Below are positions 8,005 through 18,387 of a stretch of DNA of 37,065 nt, piece after piece (the first letter of the stretch is position 1; each line of letters starts with the position of its first letter). A program made the position numbers and the translations under genes. The DNA lies in the IMG/VR virus record IMGVR_UViG_3300020042_006894, positions 1-37,065 of that record; one strand, 5' to 3'. Source of the stretch: a virus. Its lineage: Duplodnaviria > Caudoviricetes. Below the pieces are notes generated by a model. It had not been told where the DNA came from. It made no database searches and worked only from the letters and a program-made list of their open reading frames with translations.

Positions 8005-9516
8005 TTAAGAGACAATAGTGTCATTTGAAACAAAAAGCCAGTTTGCGCCGTCGCTATATGCTGGTTTATTTGCTCTGTCTAAGACTCTTATCATGCCGCC
8101 GCTAAATGTCGCAGCGGATGGTAGTGATGCTGTGTTATACCCCCTCAGAAGAAAAGGTACTTGCGCCTCTACCATTTGATTTGATGGGGCTGTTACCTGT
8201 GTATTTCCTGACGTTGCTTGTATTGGCTTGTTTATCTTTACGCGCTTTGTTGTATCTCCGCTTGACAAAAGCCAGACGTCGCCATCTAACGCCTCAAGAC
8301 CTATGCCGTTTGTCCTGTTAGCCTCTGTGCGCAGAATTGTTCTGGTGAATGAAACATCATCCCTAATTGAGAATGATCGCTGATTAGCTACTCCGTTTAA
8401 CACGTCTAAAATATTTACATGCTGATTTGTTGTTTGCAGTCTAAATGCAGCCGTGCCATCATCAGCTCTGTTTTGCCATAATGTCGCAATTCCGGCAACG
8501 CCAGTCCATACAATTTTAAAGTCTTTATCTACAAAGCCAAGAGTTTGACTGTAGCCAAGAGAATAGTTGTGCTTGTCAAATCTTATGTATGTTCCAGATC
8601 CTACAAAGTCAGCAGGCTTATCACTGCGCCTTGTTGGGTTATGGGCATTTTTCAGTGTGATTATATTGTTCGCTTCACCAACGTTATCAACCTGAATCAT
8701 TGCGCCATCTGTATAATGGTGGAATACAAAACCAATTGATGCCGATCCGCCAAGCGTTTGCCCTGCAAAGTTTGCAACATCAAAAACGCCAGTTGTCGAG
8801 CTTGTGCCGTTAATGTATTTAAATCTGCCGTAAGTTGTTTGATTTGTTTTATTTGCATTTGACATAGCAGCGCGCAAGCCGTCAGCATCTTCATCTGGCA
8901 GGGAAAAGTTAACGGTTGTTTTATATCTATTGTAAGCGTCCCCGCCAAACCCTACGCTTTCAGCGGACTTACCTCCGACAACTTCAGTTGAGTCAGCAGC
9001 AGCTAATGAGTCAATAAAATCATCAAGAGCTGCAGCGCCGCCAACAACAAACCAACCGCCAACGCCAACCGGAGTCGGCGCACTGCCTGCCGTAACAACT
9101 TTCGGAAAGCTGCCATCCCAACGCCAATATGACGAGCCATCAGAAAGCACTTGGTTTGCTTGCGTCAGTGTTGCGCCTGCTGCAAAAGTCCCTGAAGGAA
9201 TATAGCCAGCATTTAAAACAGCAGCGTCAAACTGAGCCTGAAGCTCTGCAACGTCTTGTAACTGGATTACTTGCACCGGAGTTGAGTCAGAGAAAGTCAG
9301 CGTATAAACATCGTCCGGCGCATAGAATGCAAAATGTCCGGTCGATGTTGTTGTAATCGGATTCGATAGCGTAGCGCCTGCAATGTTATTTTCTACGTAA
9401 AGCGTTGCAAGTCCTGCATCTGACTGTCTGCGCACCGTAACAGTAACACCGCTTGCTGCGTTGCCTGTGATGCTTGACGCGAATTGCCGGATAAGCTGAC
9501 CGTTGTATTTCTGCAT
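8005..9516 (-). CDS. Tail fibre/tailspike (receptor-binding protein)
   Basis: Follows the tail hub gene; YWRWDGSFPKVVTAGSAP tailspike N-domain motif; AAGGAG RBS. Confidence 0.8.
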   Translation of the reverse strand: MQKYNGQLIRQFASSITGNAASGVTVTVRRQSDAGLATLYVENNIAGATLSNPITTTSTGHFAFYAPDDVYTLTFSDSTPVQVIQLQDVAELQAQFDAAVLNAGYIPSGTFAAGATLTQANQVLSDGSSYWRWDGSFPKVVTAGSAPTPVGVGGWFVVGGAAALDDFIDSLAAADSTEVVGGKSAESVGFGGDAYNRYKTTVNFSLPDEDADGLRAAMSNANKTNQTTYGRFKYINGTSSTTGVFDVANFAGQTLGGSASIGFVFHHYTDGAMIQVDNVGEANNIITLKNAHNPTRRSDKPADFVGSGTYIRFDKHNYSLGYSQTLGFVDKDFKIVWTGVAGIATLWQNRADDGTAAFRLQTTNQHVNILDVLNGVANQRSFSIRDDVSFTRTILRTEANRTNGIGLEALDGDVWLLSSGDTTKRVKINKPIQATSGNTQVTAPSNQMVEAQVPFLLRGYNTASLPSAATFSGGMIRVLDRANKPAYSDGANWLFVSNDTIVS

Positions 9517-9553
9517 TGTGTAAAGCTCCTTAATTCAATCAGTCTAGTTTATA

Positions 9554-11881
9554 TCAGATTATCGCGCCACGCACTTGTTCTGAATTGTTTCCGCCTGTTA
9601 TTGTGATCGTGTTGCCGTTTGTAATGATTGATGGTGCGTTACCTAGCGGCCCACCAGAAGCGCCCTGCTCTGTGCCAGTGCCACCACCAGCGCCTGGATA
9701 GTTTTTATCGCCAATAGAACCGTCGGTTGATGTTTCAGTGCCAGTTCCAGCTGTGCCGCCTAGCCCGCCGACAAAACCCTGACCGCCGCCGCCACCGCCG
9801 CCAGGATATGTTATTGATACTCCTTGGCATCTTCCAGTGCCACCAAATCCGCCCTCGCCGCCGCCAGCGATGAGTCCAAAAGTATTATCAATGACAACAT
9901 CAGTAGTAAACTCAGAGCCAGCCCCCCCAGTGCCACCAGCCCCGCCGATAACATCTAAGCAAGCAAGCAATTCAGGGTCCCAAATAGGCGATGCACCTTC
10001 ACCGCCAATGCCACCAATGCCGATAAACTGCCCTTGGTTGATTAGCTTAAGAATTGCACCACTTGCAAACGTACCTTGCCTAAACGCGGCCCAAGCCTCA
10101 GAAGTTGAGCCAAAGATGGCGCCTTGACTGACGACCACGATATATTCTCTTGCTTCGCTAAAGTCGAAGTTATCTGAAAGGATATAGTTAAAATACTCGC
10201 CTGCTGCAATGTAATAATCTGCATTCGGTGGCACGTTTGCCTTATAGCTGATACCTGTAACTTTCCATTTATCCGCCTTGCTTGATGCAACTACGCTAGT
10301 GCATTGGCAGATTAAAACCTCAGGATTAAATGCGCCATCACAATAAACAGTGTTGACTGTTTCAATGGCAAAGACTGAGCCAAGCCACAAGCGGCCACCT
10401 GCGATTGTGCCGATGTACTTGCTATCAACCTCAAAAGACACTTCAATAGGAACTTGTGAATATCGCGCAACGTTTCGCTGCGCAATCCCTGTTGCAATTA
10501 AATTGCCATCCGGTGTGTTAGGTAGCCATCGAGAAACAACGTCAGCGCCTGCGTTTTTAGTGCCAAGCCTGCTTTTATCTTCTTCAAGTATCGCAGCCAC
10601 GCGGAAAGTCTTTGCGTAGTTTTGCTGGTCTGTGCTTGAGTAGTTTAATGGCGCCCATGACACGAGCTGCCGAGTGATCAACTTGTCGAACTTGTTTTTA
10701 ACTTGCAGCGAGCCAAGCTCTAAATGCTCAACTTGGTTGAATGTAATAACCGGATCATCAAAGCTCGGAGTTGCTACTATTTTAATCTTGCGCTCGACAA
10801 CATCAACATACATTGTCAAGCCAGCGATTTGGATTAATTCATTAAGCAGCTTTTTAACTTCAGTCTCTTTTGCTATGCAGTTTTTCAGCATGAATCCGGC
10901 CAAGTCGCCAGTTTTCAAATCATCCCATTCGGAAGTCGGAATGTAAGTTTCGTCGATGTCTGTGTAATCGCGGAAAATCTCATCAATAATGTCAATGATG
11001 TTGGTTAAGTCCGGCCAAGCCAAGCACTTTTGCACTGTTGTATTGACGGCATGCTCTGCAAGCGCAGTCCCAAACGATGCGCGAGTATCAAGCGAGACAA
11101 CTACCGGAGCAACGCCCGTTGCGCTTGTGACTGTGTACTCTATGTATTCGCTATCTATGGCTAAAGTGCCTTGAAAGCCATTAGCGCCAAACTTCGCTTC
11201 AATTTCCGCAGCCGTTAATCCGCTCTCAAGCGTTATTGTTGCAGTTGTTGAAGATGTAGTGAGCGGAGCGTTTAACGTCGCGTTGCTTGCCTCTGGCGCT
11301 TTTGCGTTGATGCCATTGGTTAATGCTAAAACGTCAACTAATGAAAAGGTAACTGAGCCGCTTAAAGTTGGATTCTGATACTCATCGACAATGTAATGCT
11401 CGACGTTAAAGTTTGCATCATCATAAACGCCGTTGACAAGGTAGCCGCGCTTAATGCGTGCAGGGCGATTTTTGATAAAGTTTCGAGCGAATAACTTTGC
11501 CCAATGCGCACCGCTGACTCGACGGTCAGCATATAAGCCTGTTAACTCGAAAGCGTCAGAGCTAACAAAGTCTTTTAGTGTGATGTTAGCCGAAGCCCTG
11601 AAGCCAATGTCGAAACTTGGGTTTGCCTTTGGTGCGTTGCTTTTTGCATCCGTCAGGTATGGAAAGCAATCTAGGTTAACTATTCGCTGATTTGAATAGC
11701 GATAAGTCCTGAATTCGCCCTCTTTGTATGCGCGAATGTCATTAGTGGTCTTTGGTGTGCCGTAGCTTGATGGATCTAATGCAAACTCATCATCATAAGC
11801 TGGATCGTTAATATCTAAATCAATTTCAAAGATAACGCATAACTCGCGCTGAGATTGCGCCTTCAGAGTGTCAAAGCTCAT
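9554..11881 (-). CDS. Central tail/baseplate hub protein with Gly-rich C-terminus
   Basis: 775 aa, second gene after the tape measure; IAGGGEGG and GGGGGG motifs. Confidence 0.75.
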   Translation of the reverse strand: MSFDTLKAQSQRELCVIFEIDLDINDPAYDDEFALDPSSYGTPKTTNDIRAYKEGEFRTYRYSNQRIVNLDCFPYLTDAKSNAPKANPSFDIGFRASANITLKDFVSSDAFELTGLYADRRVSGAHWAKLFARNFIKNRPARIKRGYLVNGVYDDANFNVEHYIVDEYQNPTLSGSVTFSLVDVLALTNGINAKAPEASNATLNAPLTTSSTTATITLESGLTAAEIEAKFGANGFQGTLAIDSEYIEYTVTSATGVAPVVVSLDTRASFGTALAEHAVNTTVQKCLAWPDLTNIIDIIDEIFRDYTDIDETYIPTSEWDDLKTGDLAGFMLKNCIAKETEVKKLLNELIQIAGLTMYVDVVERKIKIVATPSFDDPVITFNQVEHLELGSLQVKNKFDKLITRQLVSWAPLNYSSTDQQNYAKTFRVAAILEEDKSRLGTKNAGADVVSRWLPNTPDGNLIATGIAQRNVARYSQVPIEVSFEVDSKYIGTIAGGRLWLGSVFAIETVNTVYCDGAFNPEVLICQCTSVVASSKADKWKVTGISYKANVPPNADYYIAAGEYFNYILSDNFDFSEAREYIVVVSQGAIFGSTSEAWAAFRQGTFASGAILKLINQGQFIGIGGIGGEGASPIWDPELLACLDVIGGAGGTGGAGSEFTTDVVIDNTFGLIAGGGEGGFGGTGRCQGVSITYPGGGGGGGQGFVGGLGGTAGTGTETSTDGSIGDKNYPGAGGGTGTEQGASGGPLGNAPSIITNGNTITITGGNNSEQVRGAII

Positions 11882-12648
11882 GCAATCCCCTTGATAGTTA
11901 ATTGAACAGATGTGAAGTAAGAAGTATCAAACTTAGGCTTTGACGCTTCCCAATGGCCGAAGATAACCGCGCCTTGTTTGTCGTATTGATTCCAGCCACA
12001 CCAAACGGGCCTGCCCTTGGCAATCTTGCGGAGCTGTTTGAACTGTCCATCCATGAAATCTGAAGTAATGTAGTTAAACTGCATAACCTGAGTTGAGCCT
12101 TTGCGCTCGATGGTTGAAGCGCCTAAGTTCAAGCTCTGCGTAGTTGATGCAGTTATCTCATCGTCGTCTGACCATTCGCCAGGCTGCAAACCAACTGAAG
12201 GCAAAGATGGCATTTGCATCGCCTCGCCGAAAGCAGCCTCACCAACGTATAGCGTAGCAGTTGACGTAAATACAAACTTAACCTTTGTCGTTTCAACCTG
12301 AGTGAATACGCGCATAACTGGCTTGTGGTCTTCGTCTGCCGTGAGATTGCATTGCAGCACATAAGCGGAGCCATTCCATGTGTAGAAATCGCATTCAACG
12401 CCACCGGATAACCAGTTAACACCTGCAAGCCCGACGCAGTTAACAGGCTGCGAAGTGAATGATAGTTCAACAGTGTTCGTGCCAGCAGATTGGCTATAAA
12501 AAATGTTAGTCATCCAATCATAAAGCCTGCCAACATCGCCACCAGTAACAACCGTAGCGCCTTGCATGGCGTTTTGATAAAGGATAAAAGTTGCTTTAGT
12601 ATTTGAACCGCCAGCAACAACGCTTTCAGGCGATAAGAAAATGTCCAC
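11878..12648 (-). CDS. Distal tail (Dit-like) protein
   Basis: Immediately after the tape measure; GTG start with AAGGAG RBS. Confidence 0.65.
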   Translation of the reverse strand: MDIFLSPESVVAGGSNTKATFILYQNAMQGATVVTGGDVGRLYDWMTNIFYSQSAGTNTVELSFTSQPVNCVGLAGVNWLSGGVECDFYTWNGSAYVLQCNLTADEDHKPVMRVFTQVETTKVKFVFTSTATLYVGEAAFGEAMQMPSLPSVGLQPGEWSDDDEITASTTQSLNLGASTIERKGSTQVMQFNYITSDFMDGQFKQLRKIAKGRPVWCGWNQYDKQGAVIFGHWEASKPKFDTSYFTSVQLTIKGIA

Positions 12649-12649
12649 G

Positions 12650-14449
12650 TTATGCTCCTTGTAAGCGCTGCACTGATTCTAATGATGCCAGAATTCTCTG
12701 AGTATATCCAACAGGCAGCACCTGATCAGGGTCAAGATTCTTTATTTCATTAGCTAACTCTGAAAGCCCGCTTATCTCAAAAGCCCCAACTGTCGGCGCT
12801 GCTTGCGGAGTTGTTGGCAATGTCGCGCTAGCGCTTGATATTGAAGCAGATGAACCGCCGCCGCTAATGTTGGTTGATTTGATTGTACTAATTAAAGCCG
12901 CGCCTTCTGCTGCAACTTGAGCAGCGAAACCTAAGTTTGCCGGATATGGATTGTTAAGCGCTTGAGCTACGCCGCCTGCAATGTTTACAAGTGATGTTGC
13001 AATGGCTGCGTTTTTCTGTGCCTGAAATGACTTAGAGCCAAAAGCAGCAACTAACTGGATCCCTGCATTAGCCGCTGACTGTTGAGCGTTTAGCTCTCGA
13101 CTCCACATCTGCTGCTTCATTTGCAGTTTTGCTTCGTCGTATTGCTGGTTGATAGCAAGAATTTGGTCTTGAAATGCTAATTCAGCTTGTAGCTTTTGCT
13201 CTTTGTTGATGTTGTCCATTTCCATCAACTGCTGATACTCGCTTGACGCTGCCAATAGTCGCGCTGAAGTCTGAGCCGCTAAGCTCGCTTCTTCTTGTGA
13301 AAACAATCCATCGCGCACGCTTTGCTGCAAAACCGCTTCACTGGCTAAAGTCTGAGTTTCAAGCCTGATGTTAGCAATGCGTTGGTCGATTCTTTCTTGA
13401 TCGCGCTTAGCTCTTTCTGCTCTGCGCTTCTCTGCTTCAATCTCTTTTAAATCTGCATTAGCTAAAGCTGTGATTTCTTTCTCAAGCTCTGATGCAGATA
13501 ATGCAGTTGCTTTTTGCTGCTGCTCAAGATTGTAGTTGTCAGTGATTAACGATTTAATCTTTGGATCTAACTCATCTACTGAATCTGCCTGCGTGCTGAA
13601 TGCCGCCGCTAATAATCTAGCTGCAAGCTCGCCTTGTGTTAGCTCGATGCGCTGCAATTCAAGCTGCTGAGTGAGTGATGCAGTTTTGTCTACTGCATCG
13701 TTTTGGCCGTCAACAAGTGATTCGTTAATCACCTTGCTTGTGTTGTTCATTTGGTCGGCATAAGACTTCATTTCAGCTTGAGCTTTCAACAGCTCTGCAC
13801 CAACTGCATTAAGCCTTACCGCTAACCTGTCTTGCGCAGGGCCGGAAGATTCTAGCAATTCTTTGGTTAGCTTCTCAGACTCTAGCCGCAGCTTGGTAAC
13901 TTTGTCCTGTTGCTTTTCGTATTCAGTTGATAGCTTTCCTAGCTCAACCTGAGTGAAAGCCTTTTTACTTTCTGCGTCTAAGTCTTGCAATGACTTTTGC
14001 AGATCATCAAGTTTCTTTTTCAAGTCGTCGGATGATTCTCCGGCATTGATGAAGCTGCTGATTAATGGCCCGCCAACAGCCGCAGCGATACCAACAACAG
14101 CACCAAGCAACGGAAAGCCAAGTACAAAGCCTAAGTCTGTCGCTTGCTGTGACAGTGCAACTAATGGCGAAACGCCGCCTTGCACCTGCCCGACGAATTG
14201 CTGGATTTGAATACCTGCTTGACCTGCTTGGCGTCCGAAGTTACCAAGAGCGCTTGAGTTAGTGCCAAGCGCCTGACTAACAGCTTGAGCCGTTTTGGTT
14301 GTCTGCGTGTTAACCTGGTTAAGCTGTCCAATCTCGGCGGTTGTCTTGTCAGCAGCAGTGCCAAGCTGCACCATTGACTTGTCTAAGCTGTCAATCTGCG
14401 CCTTGCTGTCGCCCGCATCAATCTTGACCTTGATTATTTTTTCACTCAT
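12650..14449 (-). CDS. Tail tape measure protein
   Basis: 599 aa, Ala/Gln-rich and helical; QIQQFVGQVQGGVSPLVALSQQ motif; follows the chaperone genes. Confidence 0.9.
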   Translation of the reverse strand: MSEKIIKVKIDAGDSKAQIDSLDKSMVQLGTAADKTTAEIGQLNQVNTQTTKTAQAVSQALGTNSSALGNFGRQAGQAGIQIQQFVGQVQGGVSPLVALSQQATDLGFVLGFPLLGAVVGIAAAVGGPLISSFINAGESSDDLKKKLDDLQKSLQDLDAESKKAFTQVELGKLSTEYEKQQDKVTKLRLESEKLTKELLESSGPAQDRLAVRLNAVGAELLKAQAEMKSYADQMNNTSKVINESLVDGQNDAVDKTASLTQQLELQRIELTQGELAARLLAAAFSTQADSVDELDPKIKSLITDNYNLEQQQKATALSASELEKEITALANADLKEIEAEKRRAERAKRDQERIDQRIANIRLETQTLASEAVLQQSVRDGLFSQEEASLAAQTSARLLAASSEYQQLMEMDNINKEQKLQAELAFQDQILAINQQYDEAKLQMKQQMWSRELNAQQSAANAGIQLVAAFGSKSFQAQKNAAIATSLVNIAGGVAQALNNPYPANLGFAAQVAAEGAALISTIKSTNISGGGSSASISSASATLPTTPQAAPTVGAFEISGLSELANEIKNLDPDQVLPVGYTQRILASLESVQRLQGA

Positions 14450-14796
14450 CGCGCACCTTTTCGCTTAATCGCGTCAATGTCTTTTTGCCGCTTGTCGTTG
14501 ATTAGTTTCATCAAGTGATCATCCAATCTCTTCAATACGGCAATCGCTAAATCTTGCTCATACTCTATTCTAGCAGTGACTTGCTCTAATGTCGCTAACG
14601 ATGCTCGTCTATCTGGCTCGGCTTCTCTGCGCGCTTCGTAGAAAGCACAAAGTAAAGCAAATTGCCTTTCGTCTAGCTCTATCGATTCAAGCTCTTTTAG
14701 CACTTCAGCAGCGTGATTTGTGCCGCCGTATTTATCCATTTGTAGCGCCGCTTTGTAATCCGCTTGCAAGTCCCGACCGTTAAAGTCGGCTGCTAC
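14446..14796 (-). CDS. Tail assembly chaperone frameshift extension (gpT-like)
   Basis: Open in the -1 frame from the slippery site (KVAADFNGRDLQADYK...). Confidence 0.8.
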   Translation of the reverse strand, partial: VAADFNGRDLQADYKAALQMDKYGGTNHAAEVLKELESIELDERQFALLCAFYEARREAEPDRRASLATLEQVTARIEYEQDLAIAVLKRLDDHLMKLINDKRQKDIDAIKRKGAR

Positions 14797-14802
14797 TTTT
14801 TT
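14773..14802 (-). other. Programmed -1 ribosomal frameshift signal
   Basis: A AAA AAG heptamer (14802-14796) before TAG, 6-nt spacer, then CCGAC/GTCGG hairpin. Confidence 0.85.
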
Positions 14803-15197
14803 TCTAGCTTGTCTCCGTCTGCCTGAGCTTCATCGTGTAGATAGTTTTCAAATCGCAGAGCCGCGCTAACTAAGATGTCATTGAGTGATAGAAAATATTC
14901 TGGATTAGTGAAGATATTGCGCGCTGCGTCTTTCGAGTATTCAAGTGCGCCGTCTTGGTCTTCTAAGCCTTGCCAATTGGTAACGCCGTACTCAGTGAGC
15001 CAGTGACCATATAAGCGGTTATTATCGACTTCTGACATCTTATGAAATGGCCCGTACAATTGCTGCCGGATATTCTTCAGTGATTCTTGGCTTTCTTTCG
15101 TGCCAAGTCTGCGCACATAAAACACAGCATCACCGACAACGATTGGCGCACCGCCTTGCTGTAACTCTTTTGACTCTCTTACTTCTGATAGTTTCAT
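14793..15197 (-). CDS. Tail assembly chaperone (gpG-like)
   Basis: Between tube and tape measure genes; AGGA RBS before MKLSEV; NWQGL motif. Confidence 0.8.
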   Translation of the reverse strand: MKLSEVRESKELQQGGAPIVVGDAVFYVRRLGTKESQESLKNIRQQLYGPFHKMSEVDNNRLYGHWLTEYGVTNWQGLEDQDGALEYSKDAARNIFTNPEYFLSLNDILVSAALRFENYLHDEAQADGDKLEKK

Positions 15198-15211
15198 TTT
15201 GTTCCTGCAAT

Positions 15212-15232
15212 AAAAAAGGGGCATTAAGCCCC
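15212..15232 (-). terminator. Intrinsic terminator after major tail gene
   Basis: GGGGC-ttaat-GCCCC-TTTTTT on the minus strand. Confidence 0.8.
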
Positions 15233-15253
15233 TAGTTTATACTTAACTGACCA

Positions 15254-16435
15254 TTAAGACCAGTTGCGGAAAACTGCGATTGTATAACCTAGTGCAGCAG
15301 ACTTTTCAGCCGCGGCACTGAAGCTGTCAGCGCTGATTGCATTCTGGCCGTCTTCCATATCCCACTCGGTTAAGACAACCTGCGGAAGATGAACAACAGT
15401 TTTATGGCCGCCACCATGATCAAACTCAACACCGAAAGAAACGCGAGTGCCTGCGTAGTACAGACTGCGCACAGCCATCGAGTTAGCAATAGTTGAACGT
15501 GAAGCGCCGTCCATTGTGACTTCAAATTGGCCGCGTGACATGCGAGGCGTGCAACCTGCTGCTTGGTCTGTTTGGTAGTTGTTGTTAACAGTGATATTTG
15601 CAGACTTCAGCACACATAAGGCTGTTAAGTCATTAAAATACCAGTTGGCCACGTTTTGCACCGCTGATAATGGATCATCAGTTAGTTGTGCGCCGTCAGT
15701 TTGGCCGCTGATTGCCGTCGCTGCTGCCGAGTCTTTCTCAAACATCATTGAAACGGTTGAAGTGATAACGCCTGTCTCGCCGACTTCCAAAGTCTGCTGG
15801 TTGATCAAGCCATCATAAGGCGTGTCGTAGTTAACATCGCCTACAGCGGCATCATCAATAACGCGGTTTTGGCCTGCGTAGTAAGTTGGCGTGTTGGCGT
15901 TGTATGTCTTGCGCGTTGCAATAGTAATCGATGGCCCTGCAACTGCGGTAGCTGCTGGCACCGGGTAAGTGCTGATGGAGCCGTTACTTGCTTTGGCACT
16001 GATGCGGTAAGTCCGGTTATTTAACGCGTTAGCAAAGCCAGTAACGAAAATAAAATCACCGACTGACAAGTTAGTAAAACCGTTTGCAGAGTCTGTTAAG
16101 CCTGAAGCTGTTGCAGCAATGCCAGTGCCTGTGACCGTAACCGCTGACTCAGTGCCATGAATAGTTGACAGTAACAGGCTGATGGTTTGCTTTGTGGCTT
16201 CAGTGGCAATCTCTGCCATTAGCTCTTTTGTGTCTTGAATTTGCTTTGCAGCGTTGAAGTCTAGTGAAACCTCGGCGCTTTGCGTGTAGCTAATCGACTT
16301 CTTGAATCGACCGCTAACACGTCGCACCGGAGTAAATACCGGACTTACGTTAATTGTGCCTTTAGCGGCTTGTTCGCTAAGGTAGAATTTCCAATCACCG
16401 CCAACAATTTGACGGTCAGCTACAGTTGTTGGCAT
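15254..16435 (-). CDS. Major tail tube protein
   Basis: 393 aa, Thr/Ala-rich, follows the tail terminator gene and is followed by a terminator and chaperones. Confidence 0.85.
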   Translation of the reverse strand: MPTTVADRQIVGGDWKFYLSEQAAKGTINVSPVFTPVRRVSGRFKKSISYTQSAEVSLDFNAAKQIQDTKELMAEIATEATKQTISLLLSTIHGTESAVTVTGTGIAATASGLTDSANGFTNLSVGDFIFVTGFANALNNRTYRISAKASNGSISTYPVPAATAVAGPSITIATRKTYNANTPTYYAGQNRVIDDAAVGDVNYDTPYDGLINQQTLEVGETGVITSTVSMMFEKDSAAATAISGQTDGAQLTDDPLSAVQNVANWYFNDLTALCVLKSANITVNNNYQTDQAAGCTPRMSRGQFEVTMDGASRSTIANSMAVRSLYYAGTRVSFGVEFDHGGGHKTVVHLPQVVLTEWDMEDGQNAISADSFSAAAEKSAALGYTIAVFRNWS

Positions 16436-16437
16436 GT

Positions 16438-16842
16438 TTAGAACCCCTCACAATAAAAATTAATAGTTACTTGATAACCCAGCCAAGGATCATCTTCAAT
16501 TTTAGCAGTATTGGCTTCGAATGTCTTCACGTTGCCAAACTCGGTATTTTCTAGCAGCGCAATGAAAGCTTCGCACAGCGCTAGGTTATTGTTAACGCCT
16601 GAGCCTTTCGGCGTAAATACGTCAACTACTAAAAGCCCGTTGCGCCTAACCCAAGCTGAGCCGCCGCCAACTGCAACGTTATTCGATGCGGTATTGATAA
16701 CATTAATCCGCGCCCATGGTGCATTGACTGGCTGCTGCCATCCTGACTGGTTTGGATATTGAATTGAAACACCTGAAGGCGGAGCGCCTGCAAGCTGTGC
16801 AGTAATACTTTTTACCGCTTCGCTAAATCTTTTATCTGCCAT
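16438..16842 (-). CDS. Tail terminator protein
   Basis: YPN...PWARI...RRNGLLVVDVFTPKGSG pattern and gene position. Confidence 0.75.
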   Translation of the reverse strand: MADKRFSEAVKSITAQLAGAPPSGVSIQYPNQSGWQQPVNAPWARINVINTASNNVAVGGGSAWVRRNGLLVVDVFTPKGSGVNNNLALCEAFIALLENTEFGNVKTFEANTAKIEDDPWLGYQVTINFYCEGF

Positions 16843-17221
16843 AGCTTACCGCCTGTGCAATTGCTTGTTCTACATATTTACTGCCAGCTTGAGCAGACCA
16901 GCCTTCGTTTAATCTCTGAATATACGGCAAGTTATTAACTATCCATAAAACAGGCAAAGAATCTGACGGATAGCTTTCAGTTACTGTGCGAGCTAGATCA
17001 ACGGAGTAACTGCCTGAAGCGTTGAAAGTAGATGTGTTTTCATTGATTCGCGTTTCTGGCTCGTTGATGCTCATCAGCCAGTTAGCCTTTGCTTGGCCAT
17101 CCTTGAATGGAGTTGCCGCAACAATGGCTTGGTCTGCTAACATGCCGAGCTTGCGAATTTCTTCAGATGCAAACTCTGTTAGCTCGACTCTTATTGAAAA
17201 GCCTTCAGCGTATGCAGCCAT
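16832..17221 (-). CDS. Neck/tail completion protein (HK97 gp10-like)
   Basis: TPFKDGQAKANW...NNLPYIQRLNEGWSAQA motif. Confidence 0.8.
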   Translation of the reverse strand: MAAYAEGFSIRVELTEFASEEIRKLGMLADQAIVAATPFKDGQAKANWLMSINEPETRINENTSTFNASGSYSVDLARTVTESYPSDSLPVLWIVNNLPYIQRLNEGWSAQAGSKYVEQAIAQAVSYGR

Positions 17222-17577
17222 TAGCGCACCCTCAACACAAGTTTTACGGCAGCGTCAGCAGCATCTAGCTTGATGGCAATGATTGACATAGCTACGCCGC
17301 CCAATGTGCAGTAATCTCCCACGCTTGGCGCAAATGTATCAATGCGAGTATAAACAGCGCCAGTGTCGCTCTGCTGTGCGTCTGTGCCTTGCCAATCAGC
17401 TAGGTCAACTCCAAACTTGATCGCTTGGTAGGTACGATTCGTTGCGCCTGTGTACGATTCCGTCACCGGATTATAAGTGCCGCCGCTTGTAATAACCAAA
17501 GCCTGCCGAAAGTCGGCAAACTCAGAGTCGATAAGCTCACTTGCTAGGTCTTTAAATTCTTGCTTTGTGGTAGCCAT
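17221..17577 (-). CDS. Head closure/stopper protein
   Basis: GGTYNPVTES motif; lies between adaptor and neck genes. Confidence 0.7.
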   Translation of the reverse strand: MATTKQEFKDLASELIDSEFADFRQALVITSGGTYNPVTESYTGATNRTYQAIKFGVDLADWQGTDAQQSDTGAVYTRIDTFAPSVGDYCTLGGVAMSIIAIKLDAADAAVKLVLRVR

Positions 17578-17579
17578 GA

Positions 17580-18026
17580 TTAGCCCCTTTGCAATCCTGA
17601 ATTGCCTTTAACGAAAGGCATCAGCAAGCGGTCAAGCTCAGGCACTCGCGCCTTATATGTAACCTGCGAGCCGGATTCGTAACTAACTGACTTTGAACCA
17701 ACGCCGTCAAGTGATTTTGACTCTGCCGCAATCAATCCGCCAGCCAATACAGCTGCATCAAGTGACAATCGACCTGCCTGCTGTAGCTCTACAGCTTTCA
17801 ATGCCGCCTTGCTAATGTCAGCAATAGCAACAACATCAGTCGGCAAGCTCATTGCCTGCGCTGCGTCTAGCTCTTGGCCTTTGAAAGTGTAATATGTATC
17901 AATGAAGTCAGCAGATAAAATCAAATCCTGGTCAAGTGTTGCGTTTGATACAACAATGCCGCGCTCTGCTGCGTATGCTTCGTATAAAGCCGCTGTGGTG
18001 TAAGAGTTTGTGCCGAGTGTAGCCAT
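17580..18026 (-). CDS. Head-tail adaptor (often labelled DnaT-like)
   Basis: NSY...AYAAERG...SADFID...FKGQ...QAMSLP...KSVSY pattern. Confidence 0.7.
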   Translation of the reverse strand: MATLGTNSYTTAALYEAYAAERGIVVSNATLDQDLILSADFIDTYYTFKGQELDAAQAMSLPTDVVAIADISKAALKAVELQQAGRLSLDAAVLAGGLIAAESKSLDGVGSKSVSYESGSQVTYKARVPELDRLLMPFVKGNSGLQRG

Positions 18027-18376
18027 TACTTACCCCCGAAGGCGAACAAAGCTGCAATAGCTGCCGGACTAAGCAAAGTAGAAACCAGCAGCCAGCTAAT
18101 CTTGCCGCCGAAGTTTCTGATGCTGTCAATCATTGGCTGATTAGCTGCGGCTTGCTCGCGTAAAGCTCTGACGTCTTTTGATAGCTCGCTAGACTGAGCT
18201 GCAACGTGATCATGCTTTACCATATACTGCTGAAGGGTAACAACTAAATCCTGAATAGCCTTTGTCGATGACTTTTGACTTTCAATCATGTCACGGGAGA
18301 AACTGCGTATCTCGATGATCTCCCTGTCGTGCTGGTCTACTTTCTTCTGGATGCTGCCGATCAGTTCTTCGCTCAT
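18026..18376 (-). CDS. Coiled-coil protein with C-terminal TM helix (possibly holin-like)
   Basis: Heptad-rich N-terminus, WLLVSTLLSPAAIAALFAF C-terminus. Confidence 0.6.
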   Translation of the reverse strand: MSEELIGSIQKKVDQHDREIIEIRSFSRDMIESQKSSTKAIQDLVVTLQQYMVKHDHVAAQSSELSKDVRALREQAAANQPMIDSIRNFGGKISWLLVSTLLSPAAIAALFAFGGK

Positions 18377-18387
18377 GTTTCATAGCC

